From: Bacillota bacterium
GTDB taxonomy: Bacteria; Bacillota; DTU025
Assembly (NCBI GenBank): GCA_050951805.1
Contig: JBMNJT010000002.1
Location: 896,001 to 960,000, forward strand
Direction of reading: 5' to 3'
DNA length: 64,000 nucleotides
The notes beneath the pieces were generated by a model. The model ran no database searches. It was not told where the DNA came from and worked only from the letters and a program-made list of their open reading frames with translations. Positions 59,586 to 64,000 of the stretch are shown here, one piece after another (position 1 is the first letter of the stretch; each line of letters begins with the position of its first letter). Made by a program: the position numbers and the translations under genes.

Positions 59586-60256
59586 CGCATGCGTTAAGAC
59601 GGGAAACGTCATGGGAAGTTGAAAAAGAGGAGCTTACGGGCGAAAGCGGCCTCTTCTTCTTTGTGCTCGCTATGGTCCAAAGAATCGCATGCAACTGATG
59701 TTGTCCTTACAGGCTAGGCCTTGCGGAGAGCACCCAAGTACTATGACAAATCGGCTTATGTTCTTTAGCATTGTTACTATGGTGTTGGCAGCCAAGGCAG
59801 GTTCATACAAGATTGCATATGTCCGCATCAAAGTGATAGAATTGAAGAGGTGAAGTATACAGTTGTTCTCATTCCTCGGTTGCGTAGTGAATGGGGCCTT
59901 TTGCATGACCTTGCCATTGTCACATGTAGGCAGGCAAAAACGAGTTTGGGGGTAGGCTGGCCTATGGCCGTAACTGCCGCTGCTGACGCGAGGCGAAGAA
60001 AAATGAAATGGTTGATGCCCTGGACTGGTTTGAAAGTAAAAATGATTCCCATCTATCCCGTACAGAAGGCAATCGGTTTTCCTGGCCTAGGTAAACACGG
60101 GGATGTTGGGGCGTTAATCGCCAGTGCACAAGGGGTTACTGAGATGATCGAATGCCCGGACGCATGTGCAACCGAATTGAGGATGACTTGCAGGATTGTA
60201 CGCTATACGATACAGAGGCGTTCTGTCTGTGGCTGTGACCTTTCCTTGTCTGTTTG

Positions 60257-60287
60257 GCCCGCACTCGTTTGCGGGCTGTCTTTATTT
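60257..60287 (+). terminator. Terminator-like hairpin upstream of the kor operon
   Basis: GCCCGCA-ctcgtt-TGCGGGC then TGTCTTTATTT. Confidence 0.5.
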
Positions 60288-60517
60288 CTGTGAGGATTTG
60301 TTGTTGGATCGAACTGCGTGAACATCGTGAACATATGGAATGATGAACGCTGGCAGGCGATGTCCTGAACATGTTCTGCAGCTATATGCCGGATAGGGTA
60401 GAGCGCCCCTTGGCTGTTGGCAAAAGCTGTCGCAGAGGGCTGCTCGGCCGAGATCCCACATCCGAGTTGCAGACATTCGTTCTCGGCCAACTAACCAAAA
60501 GATGTGGAGGGGAGTCC

Positions 60518-60778
60518 ATGACTTCTGCGGAAAGCCCCGAGGTTCCAGTCCTCGTGAGGCAGGAATGGTGTAAGGGCTGTGGTATATGCATCGCCATGTG
60601 CCCAAAGAAAGTTCTTGAGGCAGCGGCAGACGGAAAAGTTGTTGTAGCAAGACCTGAAGATTGTATCAAGTGCGAAACCTGTGAGATTATGTGCCCTGAT
60701 TTTGCCATACGTGTGGTGGGCGGCAGATCCAAGGAAGTTGCACGGGGAAGGGAGGATGTTGCGGATGCCCGGGCATAA
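60518..60778 (+). CDS. korD: 2-oxoacid:ferredoxin oxidoreductase delta subunit (2[4Fe-4S])
   Basis: WCKGCGICIAMCP, CIKCETCEIMCPDFAI. Confidence 0.9.
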   Translation: MTSAESPEVPVLVRQEWCKGCGICIAMCPKKVLEAAADGKVVVARPEDCIKCETCEIMCPDFAIRVVGGRSKEVARGREDVADARA

Positions 60779-61907
60779 TGGCAGGGATCTTAGGCTATTG
60801 CAAGGCAATGAATGCTGCGCGGAAGCTGCGATTCTCGCAGGATGCAGGTTCTTTGCAGGCTATCCGATAACGCCGTCTACGGAGATTGCCGAGCTTCTCT
60901 CGGAAAAGCTCCCACAGGTCGGCGGGAAGTTCATACAGATGGAAGACGAAATAGCCAGCATGGCAGCGGTTATAGGGGCTTCACTCACTGGTGCCAAGTC
61001 AATGACGGCTACTTCTGGTCCCGGCTTTTCTCTGAAACAGGAGAATATCGGGTTTGCTTCATTCACCGAGGTTCCATGCGTAATAGTGAATGTTCAGCGC
61101 ACGGGACCGAGCACGGGCTTGCCTACTGCCCCGGCGCAAGCGGATCTGATGCAGGCGAGATGGGGAACGCACGGTGACCATCCCATAGTTGCCCTCTACC
61201 CATCCACTGTTCCTGAGGTATTTGACCTTACGATCAAGGCGTTCAACATAGCGGAGCGGCTCAGGGTACCGGTTATTCTTCTCATGGACGAAGTTGTGGG
61301 GCACATGAGGGAAAAAGTGGCGATTCCTCATCAGTCTGAGATCGAGATAGTTAGCAGGCCTCAGCCCGATGTTCCGCCTGAGGAATACTTGCCATATGCG
61401 GCAGGCCCTGACGGCGTGCCTCCTATGGCGCCATTTGGAACGGGATACAGGTGGCATGTTACGGGATTGTATCATGACGAGACCGGGTTTCCAACAACGG
61501 CAGCGCCGAAAGTTGACCGACTTATGAAGCGGCTTTACTCAAAGATAGAGTCTGCCGCGGATGAAATCACATTCACATCAGACGAGTTCCTGGACGATGC
61601 AGATACTGTTGTTGTTGCCTGTGGCATAACTGCTAGATCCGCTCGCCGAAGTGTAAGGCTTGCACGTGAAAAGGGGATTAGGGCAGGAATGGTTCAACTG
61701 AAGACGATTTGGCCGTTCCCATACGACCTCGTTGGCGATATCGCAGGCAGGGTTGACAGAATCATAGTGCCTGAGATGAACATGGGGCAATTAATCGGTG
61801 AAGTTGAGCGTGCAGCCAAGGGCAGGTGCGAGGTTGTGGGTTACTCCCGAGTTGACGGCGAACCCATAGCCCCAGCTGAAATAGTAGCCAAGATAGAGGA
61901 GGTGTGA
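60765..61907 (+). CDS. korA: 2-oxoacid:ferredoxin oxidoreductase alpha subunit
   Basis: GYPITPSTEI, QMEDEI, ATSGPGFSLKQE, GPSTGLPT, EMNMGQ. Confidence 0.95.
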   Translation: MPGHNGRDLRLLQGNECCAEAAILAGCRFFAGYPITPSTEIAELLSEKLPQVGGKFIQMEDEIASMAAVIGASLTGAKSMTATSGPGFSLKQENIGFASFTEVPCVIVNVQRTGPSTGLPTAPAQADLMQARWGTHGDHPIVALYPSTVPEVFDLTIKAFNIAERLRVPVILLMDEVVGHMREKVAIPHQSEIEIVSRPQPDVPPEEYLPYAAGPDGVPPMAPFGTGYRWHVTGLYHDETGFPTTAAPKVDRLMKRLYSKIESAADEITFTSDEFLDDADTVVVACGITARSARRSVRLAREKGIRAGMVQLKTIWPFPYDLVGDIAGRVDRIIVPEMNMGQLIGEVERAAKGRCEVVGYSRVDGEPIAPAEIVAKIEEV

Positions 61908-61910
61908 CTG

Positions 61911-62735
61911 GTGGCAGTGCCTATTGATGATTATCTACGGACTCAATTCATGCCGCATATCTGGTGCCCAGGATGCGGACACGGCATTATTCTCGGCGCT
62001 GTTCTGAGAGCCATCGGCAGGTTGGATCTTCCCAAGGACGAAGTGTGCATAGTGTCAGGGATAGGCTGTGCTTCTCGTGCTCCCGGGTATCTGGATTTCA
62101 ACACGGTTCACACAACACACGGGCGGGCTCTGGCATTTGCCACTGGAATAAAGATCGCCAGGCCGGATCTGCATGTGATAGTTCTCACAGGAGACGGCGA
62201 TGCTGCCGCCATCGGCGGCAACCACCTGATCCACGCGGCCAGGAGGAACGTCGGCCTAACCACTGTCATGTTCAACAACTCGATCTATGGCATGACCAAT
62301 GGTCAGTATTCGCCTATGACCCCTAGGGGAAGATACGCTAGCACTGCTCCATATGGCAACGTGGAACGAAATTTCGACATGTGCGAGCTCGTCAGGGCCG
62401 CTGGCGGCAATTATGTTGCTCGGGCCACGACAGCCCACGCCAGGCAGTTGTCGAACTACGTGGAGAACGCTATTCAGACTCCAGGATTTGCGTTCGTTGA
62501 GGCTGTCACCCAGTGTCCCACATACTTTGGGCGAAGGAACAAGATGGGGACCCCTGTTGACATGATAGAGTGGTTCCGGAAAAACTCCATTAATGCAGCA
62601 GCCGCTGCAAAGCTGGACCCAGCTGATCTAGACGGAAAGATAATAATAGGTGAGTTTTATCGAGGAGACGCCCCCGAGTACACCGAGGTGTACGATGAAG
62701 TAATCGAGCGGGCAAAGGAGGCGGCCGCCAGATGA
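61911..62735 (+). CDS. korB: 2-oxoacid:ferredoxin oxidoreductase beta subunit
   Basis: WCPGCG, SGIGC, HGRA, GDGD..AIGGNH, NN.IYGMT.GQ. Confidence 0.95.
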   Translation: MAVPIDDYLRTQFMPHIWCPGCGHGIILGAVLRAIGRLDLPKDEVCIVSGIGCASRAPGYLDFNTVHTTHGRALAFATGIKIARPDLHVIVLTGDGDAAAIGGNHLIHAARRNVGLTTVMFNNSIYGMTNGQYSPMTPRGRYASTAPYGNVERNFDMCELVRAAGGNYVARATTAHARQLSNYVENAIQTPGFAFVEAVTQCPTYFGRRNKMGTPVDMIEWFRKNSINAAAAAKLDPADLDGKIIIGEFYRGDAPEYTEVYDEVIERAKEAAAR

Positions 62736-63277
62736 GACGTGAGATTAGGCTCTCAGGCTATGGTGGACAGGGGCTGATTCTGGCCGGAATAATCTTGGCA
62801 GAGGCTGCAATGCACGACGGCCATGAGGTAGTTCAGAGTCAGAGCTATGGACCGGAGGCACGCGGCGGCGCTTCCAGAGCAGAGGTTATCATTAGCGACG
62901 AGCCGATAGACTATCCGAAAGTGACAAACCCCGATGTGCTTCTTCTCATGTCAGACCAGGCATGCAAACGCTTTGCGGGAAGCGCTTGCCAGGGAGGAAC
63001 AGTAATAGTCGACTCTGGACTTATCACTTCCATTCCGGAGACTTCCGGGGTCGTTTACAAGTTCCCCATTACCGACATTGCTGTGGAAGCTACAGGCAGA
63101 TCAATAAGCGCCAACGTGGCAGCTCTGGGCGTACTGAATACTGTGGCCAAGTTGGTTTCTCCGGAATCGTTGAAAAACGCGGTTTCGTCTAGAGTGCCTC
63201 GGGGCACTGCCGAGGTCAACCTGGCTGCATTGAGAGCAGGGATAGCTGCCGCTGAGGCTGCAGGTGCAGAAAGATAG
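62732..63277 (+). CDS. korC: 2-oxoacid:ferredoxin oxidoreductase gamma subunit
   Basis: SGYGGQGLILAG, SYGPEARGGAS. Confidence 0.93.
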   Translation: MRREIRLSGYGGQGLILAGIILAEAAMHDGHEVVQSQSYGPEARGGASRAEVIISDEPIDYPKVTNPDVLLLMSDQACKRFAGSACQGGTVIVDSGLITSIPETSGVVYKFPITDIAVEATGRSISANVAALGVLNTVAKLVSPESLKNAVSSRVPRGTAEVNLAALRAGIAAAEAAGAER

Positions 63278-63336
63278 GTGGAGAATACTAGATTTGGGCC
63301 GACATGATCCAACATAGTTAGGAGAGTGATGATCCA

Positions 63337-64000
63337 TTGGAGAAGGTTGCATTCGCAACTAGGATGCACGATCTCGGCGGTGATGTCGTTCGCAACATGT
63401 TTTTGCTCACCGAGAACCCGGACATCATCTCTTTTGCAGGGGGTATGCCCTCGCCAGACGCACTCCCTGCTGAGCAGCTTCGCAAGATAGCCGATGAGCT
63501 CATGCAAGATGCTGGCCAGCAGATATTGCAGTATTCGACGATCGAGGGCTATACACCGCTCAGAGAATGGCTTGCAAGCGCCGTTGCTGAACAGGGGATG
63601 AAGGCGACCACTGAACAAGTGTTAATCACTTCAGGAGCGCAACAAGGCATCGATTTGGCCGCGAAATGCTTCATTAACCCTGGCGACTGCGTGTTGGTGG
63701 AACGACCTACGTATCTAGCAGCACTCACAATATTCAAAACGTATGAAGTGGAATTTGGTTGTGTGGATTCGGATGACTATGGAATAATTCCGGAGTCTTT
63801 CGAAGAAGCGATAGTGCGCCACAATGCAAAAATGTTGTATGTGGTTCCTACGTTCCAAAACCCGACCGGAGTTACGTTACCAGCTGAACGAAGAAAAGCC
63901 ATTGCTGAAATCGCCGGCAAGCATGGCGTGATCGTGGTTGAAGACGACCCCTATGCTAAGTTGAGATACGATGGGGAGCCGGTTCCCTCAATAGCAAGCT
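63337..64000 (+). CDS. PLP-dependent aminotransferase class I/II (LysN/Aro8-like), truncated by the window end
   Basis: Own translation: IISFAGGMP, ITSGAQQGIDL, VERPTYLAAL, VPTFQNPTG, VEDDPY. Confidence 0.9.
   Translation, partial: MEKVAFATRMHDLGGDVVRNMFLLTENPDIISFAGGMPSPDALPAEQLRKIADELMQDAGQQILQYSTIEGYTPLREWLASAVAEQGMKATTEQVLITSGAQQGIDLAAKCFINPGDCVLVERPTYLAALTIFKTYEVEFGCVDSDDYGIIPESFEEAIVRHNAKMLYVVPTFQNPTGVTLPAERRKAIAEIAGKHGVIVVEDDPYAKLRYDGEPVPSIAS

Noticed and set aside
1-64000. CRISPR array, tRNA, rRNA, prophage or defence genes
   Set aside because: No regularly spaced repeats, cloverleaf motifs, rRNA signatures or recognisable phage/defence proteins were seen by eye.

Overview
Chromosomal segment, mostly + strand, from an anaerobic endospore-forming Firmicute (cotJABC, SASP, SleB-LysM, sigma-H/E/G/K-like promoters). 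It is probably diderm: the solute-binding proteins lack a lipobox, and there is a TolC-like ORF and a beta-barrel-like remnant. Content: sugar ABC permeases with treT, pckA, cotJ, adenosine deaminase and MFS, ndk-yhaM, two Opp/Dpp-type ABC operons, FNT channel, two tandem GAF-GAF-GGDEF genes, ddh, a sigma-54 activator fused to a [FeFe]-hydrogenase-like domain in front of a hydC-hydB/gltD-hydA operon, ymfF/ymfH, dmpA and a 2-oxoacid:ferredoxin oxidoreductase operon. Main findings: (1) a self-contained regulatory circuit with a degenerate H-cluster sensor/activator, a repeated ATGC-N6-GCATTA operator, a sigma-54 promoter and a HydB-GltD fusion hydrogenase; (2) two circularly permuted family-5 binding proteins; (3) an ORF-less, atypical group IIC-like intron behind a terminator; (4) a 189-bp IS630-derived MITE-like remnant; (5) several eroded pseudogenes. 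No rRNA, tRNA or CRISPR array was seen. All calls come from motif recognition by eye; no searches were run.
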